Assembly (NCBI GenBank): GCA_051881175.1
Contig: JBJEPI010000021.1
Coordinates: forward strand, 1,448-65,447
Direction of reading: 5' to 3'
Length of the DNA stretch: 64,000 nucleotides
DNA from: Eubacterium sp.
Lineage (GTDB): Bacteria; Bacillota; Clostridia; Oscillospirales; Acutalibacteraceae
In this document: in pieces, positions 31,188 to 40,202 of the stretch
How the letters are laid out: the number at the start of each line of letters is the position of its first letter
Position numbering within the stretch: the stretch's first letter is position 1
The notes under the pieces: model-generated
Database searches by the model: none
What the model saw: the letters and a program-made list of their open reading frames with translations, nothing else
What the model was told of the DNA's origin: nothing
Made by a program: the position numbers and the translations under genes

Positions 31188-32477
31188 TTATTTTTCGATT
31201 TTAATAATTTTGTTGTCTTTTAGAGTCATTTTACCGTGATTTCTCTTGCGAACAAACGGAACGCCCTTTCTGACATAGAAGGTATTGTTTGCAACATAAG
31301 CGTCGGGATTACTTGCAGGAGTCATGGTTCCGCTTAAGTCATCGTAGCTTAAATTATCGGTAAAGGTGTTATGAACCGCCTGCTGCATGCAAAACATCAT
31401 ACAACCGCCCTCGTTAAGCCTTGAGTAGTTATATTCATACTTTGTTCCGTCGCCGGAATCGGCATCGTAGGCCATACCGTCTTGATTGAGCTTTGTGTCA
31501 ACCGCTTCATTGTATCTAAGCAAAGCGTTTTTACATTTCCAGGGCCAAATAGCCGCCGCAACCTTGCCCATACGCTTTCCCGGGTAGCGATAAACTCTGT
31601 CATTCATTTCCGTTGCACAGGAATCGGATGTGTTATGTTCAACCAACGGATTTAAGGCATACATTGGTGTAATGGCGTCGCCGCCCACAAATTTTAAGTA
31701 ATTGTTTTTAATAAGAATATTTTCATTGCCGTATTTTTTGAACAGGTCTGCCTCCAATTCCTTAGAAGCAAATTTGTCATGGCAGTAGGTATAGCCTACG
31801 GCAATACCCCAACGGCTTACATTTTTAACGTAGCAACCCTCAACGGTTACGCCGTCATATCTTGCCACGCCGGTTTTTTCTTCGTTTTCGGGGGTAAAGG
31901 ATGTCATATAAATACCACCGTTATTCATGTGCTTGTTATACACGTTTCCGTTAACATCGTGAATATAAAGATTTTCAAGAACAATGCTATGCAGAGTTCC
32001 CCTGTTTTGTGCAACAACGGCAACGCCGGTTCTGTCCATTTTATCAGCGGCGGAATAATCGGTGTCGTTGCTGATATCCTTATTAACAATTTCAATATCA
32101 CGGATAATGATATTTTCAACATCATAAAGCAAAATCGCCGATGAAACATTGCCCCTGTAAACATGGTGGGGGGAATCAAGCTTTTTTCCGTAATCCTGAT
32201 ACCAAACGCCCTGACCGTTTGCAGAAATGCGGGGCATATCCTCACCCTCGCCGTAGGAAGCAATTTCTATTGCTTCGCCGTTAATGTCGCCGCAGGCTTT
32301 AAGGTGTAAAAACTGATTTTCAAAAACAGAGCCTTTTTCAAGCAACACCTTATCGCCGGCATTAAGGGCCGTTGAATTAATTTTATCAAGAGATAAAAAA
32401 GCGGTTTCTCTGCTTAGTCCGTCATTTGAATTATTGCCGTTAAGAGAGCTGACATAATATACTGTTGATTTCGTCAT
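31188..32477 (-). CDS. Right-handed parallel beta-helix repeat protein with no signal peptide
   Basis: 429 aa. YYVSS.NGNNSNDGLS...AF.SL is a typical beta-helix cap. It has repetitive hydrophobic/Asn ladders and no N-terminal hydrophobic segment. Confidence 0.6.
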   Translation of the reverse strand: MTKSTVYYVSSLNGNNSNDGLSRETAFLSLDKINSTALNAGDKVLLEKGSVFENQFLHLKACGDINGEAIEIASYGEGEDMPRISANGQGVWYQDYGKKLDSPHHVYRGNVSSAILLYDVENIIIRDIEIVNKDISNDTDYSAADKMDRTGVAVVAQNRGTLHSIVLENLYIHDVNGNVYNKHMNNGGIYMTSFTPENEEKTGVARYDGVTVEGCYVKNVSRWGIAVGYTYCHDKFASKELEADLFKKYGNENILIKNNYLKFVGGDAITPMYALNPLVEHNTSDSCATEMNDRVYRYPGKRMGKVAAAIWPWKCKNALLRYNEAVDTKLNQDGMAYDADSGDGTKYEYNYSRLNEGGCMMFCMQQAVHNTFTDNLSYDDLSGTMTPASNPDAYVANNTFYVRKGVPFVRKRNHGKMTLKDNKIIKIEK

Positions 32478-32892
32478 CGTATTGTGCCTCCCTTATTTTT
32501 TTATCAATAACCGTTGCAACCTCAAAGTAGAAAAAACGCTCTCCGCCGTAGCGTGTAAACAAATCGCGGTTGTTTTTATAAAAAGCCTTTTTATCCTTTT
32601 TAGTGATTTCCCTGTAGGCGTATTTCTCCTTAATTTCGGGAATTTCACCTGCAAAATCAAGCTTAAATCTTGTCAGCTCGTAGTCCAAATATGTATCAGG
32701 TGAAAAATGAGTAACGCCGTAAACTATTTCGTTATTTTCCAGCTGTTTTTTTCTTTTTTCGTTTTCTGCATTGCATCTTGTGAGCACGGCATCAAGACTG
32801 CTGTCTTCAATAAGTCCTAGCCTTTTTGCAAATTCAAGACAGGCAATGGCATATTTTTTCTCGCTTTCGCTTGAAAAATGTAATTTGTTCAT
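32440..32892 (-). CDS. Hypothetical protein
   Basis: Start set at the ATG at 32892, preceded by AGGAGAAAGCTT. The track ORF starts at 32955. It overlaps the beta-helix gene by 38 nt. No recognisable family. Confidence 0.5.
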   Translation of the reverse strand: MNKLHFSSESEKKYAIACLEFAKRLGLIEDSSLDAVLTRCNAENEKRKKQLENNEIVYGVTHFSPDTYLDYELTRFKLDFAGEIPEIKEKYAYREITKKDKKAFYKNNRDLFTRYGGERFFYFEVATVIDKKIREAQYDDEINSILCQLS

Positions 32893-33047
32893 AAGCTTTC
32901 TCCTAAAATAACTCAAAACTATACTCCACAAATATATAATATTGATTTTTGGCAATTATTGCAAGAGAAATTAATAATTATTTCTAAATGATTTCAATTT
33001 ACTATAATTGCCAATTACCCAAAAACTATTGTTAATCGAAACAACGC

Positions 33048-33082
33048 AAAAAATGAGCAGGTTTTTAACCTGCTCATTTTTA
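33048..33082 (-). terminator. Terminator after the membrane-protein pair
   Basis: Stem AATGAGCAGGTT / AACCTGCTCATT with flanking A/T runs. The left arm resembles the tsf-module terminators (ATGAGCAGGT). Confidence 0.6.
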
Positions 33083-33697
33083 CAGTAACAATTTGTAAAT
33101 TAAAAAATCAATTGCAATAAATCCTATTAAGGGTACAAAATTTGTCAGTGCGGTAACTCCAACTGCTTGCCAAACATTATTAACCTTCGCTGACAGCTTT
33201 TCTTCAAAGCTACCCATAGTAGAAATTGGTAGCAAAACAAACAAGAAAAAAATCAACACCAATATGATAAGAATTATTATCACATAAAGCACAACAGGGA
33301 TAAACAACAGAAACAAGCCTGTTTTTGTACTAAAGGTTCGAACTGCAGTACGCAGGGTGTCTATAAATAGCAAAAAAAGGACACCTCCGCCTATAGCGGG
33401 AATAGGAGCATAACAAATTGCACGAATAATTATGCTAAATATGCAAATTTTATTATTTGCTCTTAAATCCTTAAATACTCTTTCATTGCTAATTGCTATA
33501 ATCACAGCAACAACTAAAAATATAATAACGCCAATATTTAGGAATACTCCTTCGTTAGCTTCAAGCCACGCCTCTGCATTAGCCGCAAAATCAGTCGTTT
33601 TACTTGCAATTTCACCTATTACACTAAACCCAAGCAGTAATAGCACCCCTATTACTATTACTATTGGCCATAGATCAAAAAAGAAAAATACCGTCAT
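33080..33697 (-). CDS. Polytopic membrane protein, unknown family
   Basis: 205 aa with about 5-6 hydrophobic spans. It lies 9 nt downstream of the zinc-ribbon membrane gene. Confidence 0.6.
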   Translation of the reverse strand: MTVFFFFDLWPIVIVIGVLLLLGFSVIGEIASKTTDFAANAEAWLEANEGVFLNIGVIIFLVVAVIIAISNERVFKDLRANNKICIFSIIIRAICYAPIPAIGGGVLFLLFIDTLRTAVRTFSTKTGLFLLFIPVVLYVIIILIILVLIFFLFVLLPISTMGSFEEKLSAKVNNVWQAVGVTALTNFVPLIGFIAIDFLIYKLLL

Positions 33698-33705
33698 AAT
33701 ACTGC

Positions 33706-34227
33706 TTATTCAACATTATTCATATTTGAATAAGTGCTGTTAATATACTCTTGATTCTTTTTAGCTCTGTTATACTGAATAAAGCCTTTAATTGTTCTAA
33801 TAGGAAAGATAATAACACCAACAAAAAAGGAAATAATACCTTTTATGCAAAAATATATTACCCATCCAACAATAGGCAGCCACAAGAAAAAGCTCGGTGT
33901 AATTTTATTTAATGCTTTCCAACCAACAGGCAGACTAATCAAGGCAACAACTACAACAGGGAGAAGAATGCAGCCTGCTAAAAAATCTCCTACGCCTCCA
34001 TGCTGTGTAATAACATAAATTATAGCTAAAATGAATCCACCCACTATGCCGATAATTAGCTCAGCAAGATTTTTTACCGCGTTGTTTTTCAAATTCATAT
34101 TTCTGTTAGTAGCACATTCGGTGCAAAGCGGTATTTCGTAGTTGGAAGCACAGCTTTTACATAAAAATTTACCGCAATCGGTGCATTGGGCAACACTTGG
34201 TTCACTTTGATGATAATAACAATACAT
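33706..34227 (-). CDS. B-box/zinc-ribbon N-terminal domain fused to a four-span membrane domain
   Basis: 173 aa. C.YH......C.DCGK.LC..C......LC.EC is followed by hydrophobic segments. Confidence 0.65.
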   Translation of the reverse strand: MYCYYHQSEPSVAQCTDCGKFLCKSCASNYEIPLCTECATNRNMNLKNNAVKNLAELIIGIVGGFILAIIYVITQHGGVGDFLAGCILLPVVVVALISLPVGWKALNKITPSFFLWLPIVGWVIYFCIKGIISFFVGVIIFPIRTIKGFIQYNRAKKNQEYINSTYSNMNNVE

Positions 34228-34339
34228 AACTTTTGTTCTCCTTTCTCATAATTCCGTTTTGGAATTATATCAATTATAATTCTAAAACGGAATTTTGTCA
34301 ATACTAAATAATAGTATATTTTCATTAAGGAGGTTAGTT

Positions 34340-34588
34340 ATGAAAATACGTAAAAAAGAGTACGGCTCCAGCAATGTTGTCGGAAAGAACATTGAAAGGA
34401 TAAGAAAACAAAAAGGCTATAAGCAAAAAGATTTCATAGCAAAAATCCAATTACATGGTTTAGATATGAATCCTACAAGTTATTCAAAGCTTGAGGGTCA
34501 AATTAGAATTGCAACCGACAAAGAAATATATGTAATATCAAAAATATTAGATGTATCAATTGAAGATTTATTTGATAATGAACAATAA
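34340..34588 (+). CDS. XRE-family helix-turn-helix transcriptional regulator
   Basis: GKNIERIRKQKGYKQKDFIAKI is an HTH_3-type motif. Start set at the ATG at 34340, preceded by AGGAGG. It is divergent from the zinc-ribbon membrane gene. Confidence 0.8.
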   Translation: MKIRKKEYGSSNVVGKNIERIRKQKGYKQKDFIAKIQLHGLDMNPTSYSKLEGQIRIATDKEIYVISKILDVSIEDLFDNEQ

Positions 34589-34624
34589 ATACCGATACCT
34601 CTTTACTTTATAGTTTTACTATTT

Positions 34625-34657
34625 GAAAAAGCGGCTCCCTTCCATAGAGAGCCGCTT
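34625..34657 (-). terminator. Terminator after the GLUG-repeat/Ig-like protein gene
   Basis: Stem AAGCGGCTC / GAGCCGCTT, followed by TTTTTC on the minus strand. Confidence 0.55.
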
Positions 34658-34723
34658 AAACTGTTATCAAATTTACCGTTATAATTATAAAAAGGTTTTA
34701 GAATTTATAATTACTACCAAGTG

Positions 34724-36682
34724 CTATTTTACTATTTTAAACGAAAGAGTTTTGGTGCCGCTGTAATTACCCTTAAATGTAACCTTTACATTATAGGTGC
34801 CGACCTTCCTTCTTCCGCTTGAATAGGTAACTGTGTAGTCGGTGTTTTTAACTAAGGTTTTACCCGAGCTGTCCTTTACTATAACTGCAGGAGTTTTTAC
34901 CTTGTTGTTATACTTGTATTTTGTTGCAGATAGCTTTACTGTGCTAACCTTCTTTATTGTTGTTACGGTTTTTTTGCCGCAGTACTTGCAAACCTTGGTT
35001 ATGCTTCCGTCGGCACTTGTGGTTGCTTTCTTTGTGGTTGCAGTGTAGCTATGGTTTGCCGAAACAGAAACCACAGGCACTGCAGAATCATAGAATTTCC
35101 AAGCACATGGATAAATGCCTAAATTAGTGGAGCAATATGATTGATTGTATAACTCATACTCGTTTGCATAGTAGTTATTTGAGTAAGTCGGCGAATAATC
35201 ATAAGTATAACCTACAGCACTCTTTCCGTAATTGGTGTAAATATTATTTGAAAATGTTGTTGTAGGTGCGGCGTAAGTATCATCATATTTTGTATTATAT
35301 AACTTGCCAACAATATATCCCGAGTATTCGCTAGCATAGGGTGAAGATACATTTGCTGTTTTGGTAATAGTAACTGTACTTGAGCTATTGTAAAGTTCTC
35401 CGACAATTCCGCCGCTGTTGCCTTCAGTTGCAGAAATTGAAGCTTTGCTTATGCTGTTTGAAATAATAACTTTTCCGATTTTGTAACAACTGATTTCACC
35501 AACAAGGCCTCCGATACATGTAGCGCCAACAACCGAACCTGTACCTGAATTACAGTTTTTAATTGTTGTACTTCCTGCGTTGTTAACATATACACGGCCT
35601 ACCAAACCTCCCGCTTTATATTGAGAATTAACGGTTGATGAATTTGTGGTAGTGCACTGATTAATTAACAAAGATGTTGCATAAGAATCTGTTGAGCCAA
35701 TTAATCCGCCTGCGTTATATTCAGCCTTAACAGCTGCTGAATTATACGACTTAGAAAGGGTTGTTGGTGTTCCTGATGATAAATAGCCGATAACTCCGCC
35801 TGCATTGCTTTCCGTTGCTGTAACAGAGCCCTTGTTGGAAAGTGCATAAACAGTGTATGAAGAACTGCCTGATGTCGGCTTTGATGTTGACATATATCCA
35901 CAAACGCCGCCTATACCCCATTCACCTGAAATGGCACCGCTGTTTGTGTTTGAATAGTATTTTGAACCGCGTACCGATGCATCACCTGTAATTCCGCCAA
36001 CATAGTCTTGACCGGTAACCTTGGCACTGTTAGAGCACTTGTAAACGCTTACATAGGAGCTTGATATACCAATAACTCCGCCTGTATAATTTGTACCCTT
36101 TACAACAGATGAGCTGACGGAGCAATTGCTGACATAAACCTTGGCGTCACTGCCACCGTAAATGTAGCCGACAACAGCTCCGGTATAATTATTTTTACCG
36201 TTGATATAGCTGTTTTTTATTTTAAGATTAGTAATACTGCCGCCGCAATAGCCAAACAAGCCTGCGTAACCATCGGAACTGTTTACATACAAGCCTGAAA
36301 TTGTATATCCGTTGCCGTTAAAATTCCCGTAGAACACATTACTATTACCGATAGGCACCCACCGACGAGCCGGTGCGGAGCTACCCCACGAACTGTAATT
36401 TGATGAATTACTGTTCAAAATAATATCAGCTCCAAGCTTATAATAAGCGTGCCTGTAGCTATAATAATCGTAATTGCTTGAATTAACGAGATTTCTCATT
36501 CTTGCAAGTTGTTCGCCTGTTTTGATAATATACGGACTGCTTTTTGAGCCGTTTCCGCCGGCAAATGAGGAAGCGGCCTTACCGCTCCACACAGCGGCAG
36601 AGGCTGTAATTTGCATACCGCTAAACATTGTTACAAGCATTAAAGCCGATAGCAATAAGCTTAAAAACTTTTTCTTTCTCAT
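34724..36682 (-). CDS. Secreted protein with GLUG-like beta-helical repeats, a CxxC module and a C-terminal Ig-like domain
   Basis: 652 aa. The signal peptide ends in ITASAA. Repeated (Y/N/A)xGG(V/L/I)(I/V/T)G motifs occur every 25-30 aa. CKYCGK is followed by KNTDYTVTYSSGRRKVGTYNVKVTFKGNYSGTKTL. Confidence 0.75.
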   Translation of the reverse strand: MRKKKFLSLLLSALMLVTMFSGMQITASAAVWSGKAASSFAGGNGSKSSPYIIKTGEQLARMRNLVNSSNYDYYSYRHAYYKLGADIILNSNSSNYSSWGSSAPARRWVPIGNSNVFYGNFNGNGYTISGLYVNSSDGYAGLFGYCGGSITNLKIKNSYINGKNNYTGAVVGYIYGGSDAKVYVSNCSVSSSVVKGTNYTGGVIGISSSYVSVYKCSNSAKVTGQDYVGGITGDASVRGSKYYSNTNSGAISGEWGIGGVCGYMSTSKPTSGSSSYTVYALSNKGSVTATESNAGGVIGYLSSGTPTTLSKSYNSAAVKAEYNAGGLIGSTDSYATSLLINQCTTTNSSTVNSQYKAGGLVGRVYVNNAGSTTIKNCNSGTGSVVGATCIGGLVGEISCYKIGKVIISNSISKASISATEGNSGGIVGELYNSSSTVTITKTANVSSPYASEYSGYIVGKLYNTKYDDTYAAPTTTFSNNIYTNYGKSAVGYTYDYSPTYSNNYYANEYELYNQSYCSTNLGIYPCAWKFYDSAVPVVSVSANHSYTATTKKATTSADGSITKVCKYCGKKTVTTIKKVSTVKLSATKYKYNNKVKTPAVIVKDSSGKTLVKNTDYTVTYSSGRRKVGTYNVKVTFKGNYSGTKTLSFKIVK

Positions 36683-36902
36683 ATGAATCTCCTCTTTTGT
36701 TGATTATTTACTGTAATATATTACCACATTAATTTTTTGTTTGCAAGCAAAGATATTCATCAAATTACAAAAGCCAAAGCCGTAGGCATAACATAGAAAA
36801 CCGAAAGGCATTAATTAGTATAATCAGAGCTACTGATTTCATAAAGGTAAACAGTCCGCTGAAAAGCTAACTGTTAAACACTTATATTTGATTTGAATAG
36901 CT

Positions 36903-37214
36903 TTATTTTTCTTCAGTATGCCACCTGTATTTTTTTAAGTCGACAAGGCCGTCAACAACCTCAACACCCTCTGACAGCAATAATTCCGTTTGAGCAGTAA
37001 TTCCCCCAAAGGCAAAATTATCAGATAAAGCGCCGTTTTTGTTTACAACGCGATAGCAAGGAATTTCATTGGGATTTGGATTGTTATGAAGTGCATTTCC
37101 AACCGCACGAGCATAGTGGATATTACCGCACATCACTGCAATTTGGCCGTATGTAGCTACTTTTCCGTAAGGAATCTGCCTAACAGTGGTGTATATCTTA
37201 TCATATAAAGTCAT
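36903..37214 (-). CDS. Short MGMT-family (alkyltransferase DNA-binding domain) protein with a PCYR site
   Basis: 103 aa. IPYGKV.TYG.IA and NPNEIPCYRVV. The canonical motif is PCHR. Confidence 0.75.
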   Translation of the reverse strand: MTLYDKIYTTVRQIPYGKVATYGQIAVMCGNIHYARAVGNALHNNPNPNEIPCYRVVNKNGALSDNFAFGGITAQTELLLSEGVEVVDGLVDLKKYRWHTEEK

Positions 37215-37374
37215 TTTATCACCAAAGAGATTTTAACATATAGCTAACTGCAGTTCAACAAAAAAAAGTACCTCGTTGGAGATACTCTTTCTATTGTGTA
37301 ATATACTGTTAAGGTTATAAAGCGAAGCATTTGCAGATTTGGGCAAATGATATCCGCTACCTACGCATCAATAT

Positions 37375-38493
37375 TTATGCCTTTGTTGTAACCGCCTTAT
37401 ACTTTGACCAGCCTGAATAGTACTTAGTTCCGTTTACAACCTTGTAGGTGCGAACCCTTACATAATACTTTTTCTTAGCACTGAGGCCTGAAACAGACTT
37501 TGATGTGGTGCTGTTTTTTGTAATTGCAACGGTTTTAGCATTGCTGAAGCTACTGCTTGTTGAATACTGAACTTGATAGCCTGTTGTTTGGGTGGCCTGC
37601 TTGTTCCACTTAACAGTGAATTGCTTTGAGCCTGACGTCAGTGATGAAATACTTGTTCCCTTTGGTTTAATGTAGAAATACAAGGTCTTGGTTCCGCTGT
37701 AATTGCCCTTAAAGGTAATCTTAACGGCATATTTGCCGACATACTTTCTGCCGCTTGAGTATGAAACAGTGTAGTCAGTATTCTTAACAAGTGTTTTGCC
37801 TGTTCTGTCCTTAACTGTTACGGCAGGGGAATATACCTTGCCGCTGTATGTATAGCTTGTGCCCGAAAGCTTAATGCTTGACACTCTTGGAATTACTGTT
37901 AAAGAAAGTGTTTTATTACATACGCCGCAGACATCAGCTATCTTACCGTCGGCACTTGTTGTTGCTTTTGTGGTTTTAACCTCTCCGCATCTATGGGTGC
38001 AATTAATAACACCGTCAGAGCAATTGATTGTAGCATTCTTTAAGCAATCATTTCCTGTTTCGGCAATTTCGATTTTATTCCATTGGCTGATTGTATCTCT
38101 ATAAATCACATCACACAAATAATTGCAGGAATAAAATGCATCACTGCCTATATTTGTTACAGCCTTTGACATATAAACAACTACCAAGCTTTTACAATTG
38201 TAAAACGCACCGTTTCCAATAACAGTTACAGTGTCAGGTATAGTTAAATACACTAAACTGTTGCATTCTCTGAAAGATGAAACGCCTATACTTGATACAG
38301 TATATCCGTCAATGTCAGACGGAATAGTCAAATCGGTGGCTGAGCCTGTATATTCTTCTATTTCCACTGTATTGTCATCAAGCAGTACATATTCAAAATC
38401 ACCGCTTGATATTGCATAGGCTGATAAATCAATACCTGCGGTAATGCTTAACAGCATCGCAAACGATAATAATAAGCTCAATGTTTTTTTCAT
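37375..38493 (-). CDS. Secreted protein: BspA-type LRRs, CxxC module, Ig-like domain, fibronectin type III-like domain
   Basis: Start set at the ATG at 38493, preceded by AGGAGGG. Signal peptide MKKTLSLLLSFAMLLS. LRR units include ECNSLVYLTIPDTV and NCKSLVVVYM. The C-terminus is paralogous to 34724..36682, and KWNKQATQTTGYQVQYSTSS is FN3-like. Confidence 0.75.
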   Translation of the reverse strand: MKKTLSLLLSFAMLLSITAGIDLSAYAISSGDFEYVLLDDNTVEIEEYTGSATDLTIPSDIDGYTVSSIGVSSFRECNSLVYLTIPDTVTVIGNGAFYNCKSLVVVYMSKAVTNIGSDAFYSCNYLCDVIYRDTISQWNKIEIAETGNDCLKNATINCSDGVINCTHRCGEVKTTKATTSADGKIADVCGVCNKTLSLTVIPRVSSIKLSGTSYTYSGKVYSPAVTVKDRTGKTLVKNTDYTVSYSSGRKYVGKYAVKITFKGNYSGTKTLYFYIKPKGTSISSLTSGSKQFTVKWNKQATQTTGYQVQYSTSSSFSNAKTVAITKNSTTSKSVSGLSAKKKYYVRVRTYKVVNGTKYYSGWSKYKAVTTKA

Positions 38494-38562
38494 ATTATTC
38501 CCTCCTTGAAAATATGCAATTATTATTGCTGATAATATTTTAGCATATATCGTAGAATAACA

Positions 38563-38667
38563 CAAGAAAAATGAGCAGGTCGGTGACCTGCTCTTAAATG
38601 TTAGCTGTTGATTGCTTTGCTAAGTTTTTGCCGAACTTGGAATAAATAAAGGGTTTGAGATGTTTTT
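38563..38667 (-). repeat. tsf-3'-end-like module copy A (degenerate tsf end, terminator hairpin, -35 box)
   Basis: Minus strand reads CTTAGCAAAGCAATCAACAGCTAA CATTTAA GAGCAGGTC-ACC-GACCTGCTC ATTTTTCTTG. The distal part aligns loosely with the 42.78-42.83 kb module. Confidence 0.7.
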
Positions 38668-38668
38668 C

Positions 38669-39985
38669 TTATTCACTAATGTAAATATGTTTTGGATATG
38701 AATCTTTTATATTTTTCCATTCATTAATGTTGTCAAATGGATAATTACGTATATCCCTCATTTCTTTATCTGTCATAGATTTACAGTTTTCAAACATTGC
38801 GTTTGTAGATGTTAAACCGTACGAACCATTTTCTAAATATGCACAATTACTAATTAACAGACCTTGGGTTTTATCGCTTCCTACTATTGCTCCAACCTTT
38901 TTGTTAGTTCCGTTAGCGTCTATTTCTCCGGCATTATAGCAATTATGGACATTCAGGGTTTCATACTCATAATTCATTCCTACAATACCGCCAAAATATG
39001 CCATACATTGAATTGAATCCTCGGTAACATTTCCGGATATTTTTCCTGTATTTGCACAATTTTCTATTGTAACACTACCTAAACCATCTCCAAAAATTCC
39101 TCCAACATAACCTTTTGCAAAATAACCTTCGGGTAATGAATAACTACACTCGATCATTCCGCTATTTGTACTACTGTAAATCTTTATTTCTTCACTACGA
39201 CTATATCCAAACACTCCGCCAACTGTAGCATTTTCCGCACTGATTTTTCCTAAAAACTCACAGTTTTCTACTAATGTAATATCGTCGAAAGTAGAAGGGC
39301 AGCCTCCACATATACCACCTATGTTACAACCGAAATCACCCATTATTGGTTGAGCAGGTTGCGTGATTTCCATACTACTTTTACAATTTTTTATTATACC
39401 GATTGAGGTAGCACCGATTAATCCTCCGATATGCCAATATCCATCACTGTCAGTGAATTTAATTTTTCCTGAACTTGAACAATTTTCAATTTCTTTTGCA
39501 AAATCAGCTAAAGCGCCTAAATACTTGTCTCTATTAATATCGCAATCTGCTATATTCAAATATATATCAACATTTTCAACATTAAAATTGCAAATAATGT
39601 TAGCGGTTGAAAACAATCCGCTTTCTGTTGATTTCAAATTTGAGACGGTATAATTATTTCCGTCAAAGGTAGAATTGTTGCTAATACCCTCCCAATTGTC
39701 TATTGAACTTAAATCAATATCATTCATTAATATGTAATTTGCATCAACATTAAATGCAGCGTTTTTTAAATCATCTACAGTATAAATTCCTATATATCCG
39801 TTTGGTACCTCTGATAAATGTTCTATTTGACTTTCCGTGGTCTCTTCTGTTTCAGAAGTATTATCAACATGTGAACTGCTGTCTTCGTCAGTATTGTCTG
39901 CATTATTATAGCAGCCGTTTAATGACAAAAGTGCAAGTGCCGCTAAAGTTAAGCATAAAATAGATTTAACTTGTTTTCTTTTCAT
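38669..39985 (-). CDS. Lipoprotein with GLUG-like repeats
   Basis: Start set at the ATG at 39985, preceded by AGGAG. Lipobox LSLNGC, then an acidic/Ser-rich linker. Repeats include HIGGLIGAT, NIGGICGG, TVGGVFGYS, YVGGIFGDG and YFGGIVGMN. Confidence 0.75.
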   Translation of the reverse strand: MKRKQVKSILCLTLAALALLSLNGCYNNADNTDEDSSSHVDNTSETEETTESQIEHLSEVPNGYIGIYTVDDLKNAAFNVDANYILMNDIDLSSIDNWEGISNNSTFDGNNYTVSNLKSTESGLFSTANIICNFNVENVDIYLNIADCDINRDKYLGALADFAKEIENCSSSGKIKFTDSDGYWHIGGLIGATSIGIIKNCKSSMEITQPAQPIMGDFGCNIGGICGGCPSTFDDITLVENCEFLGKISAENATVGGVFGYSRSEEIKIYSSTNSGMIECSYSLPEGYFAKGYVGGIFGDGLGSVTIENCANTGKISGNVTEDSIQCMAYFGGIVGMNYEYETLNVHNCYNAGEIDANGTNKKVGAIVGSDKTQGLLISNCAYLENGSYGLTSTNAMFENCKSMTDKEMRDIRNYPFDNINEWKNIKDSYPKHIYISE

Positions 39986-40008
39986 TTTTTTACTCCTTAA
40001 ATTAAAAA

Positions 40009-40040
40009 ATGCGTACAGCCGAAGCCATACGCATAAAAAA
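40009..40040 (-). terminator. Intrinsic terminator inside the 5' leader of the GLUG lipoprotein gene (candidate attenuator)
   Basis: Minus strand reads ATGCGTATGGC-TTCG-GCTGTACGCAT followed by TTTTTAATTT. It ends about 15 nt before the AGGAG RBS. Confidence 0.55.
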
Positions 40041-40057
40041 CACATAGCTCAACTGTC

Positions 40058-40171
40058 GCCAAACAAAACCAATATGACATCAAAGAAGCATACTGAAATA
40101 GAGCATGTATTTTTATCAAGTGATAAAAATATTATGCTTCCGTAATGTCAAAGTATTCGGTTTTGTTTGGC
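40058..40171 (-). promoter_or_regulatory. 114-nt imperfect palindrome at the predicted 5' end of the lipoprotein mRNA
   Basis: Four nested helices: GCCAAACAAAACC/GGTTTTGTTTGGC, TGACAT/ATGTCA, GAAGCATA/TATGCTTC and ATTTTTATCA/TGATAAAAAT. Confidence 0.5.
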
Positions 40172-40202
40172 ATTTTCAGTTTAGCATATAATGTAAAAAA
40201 AT

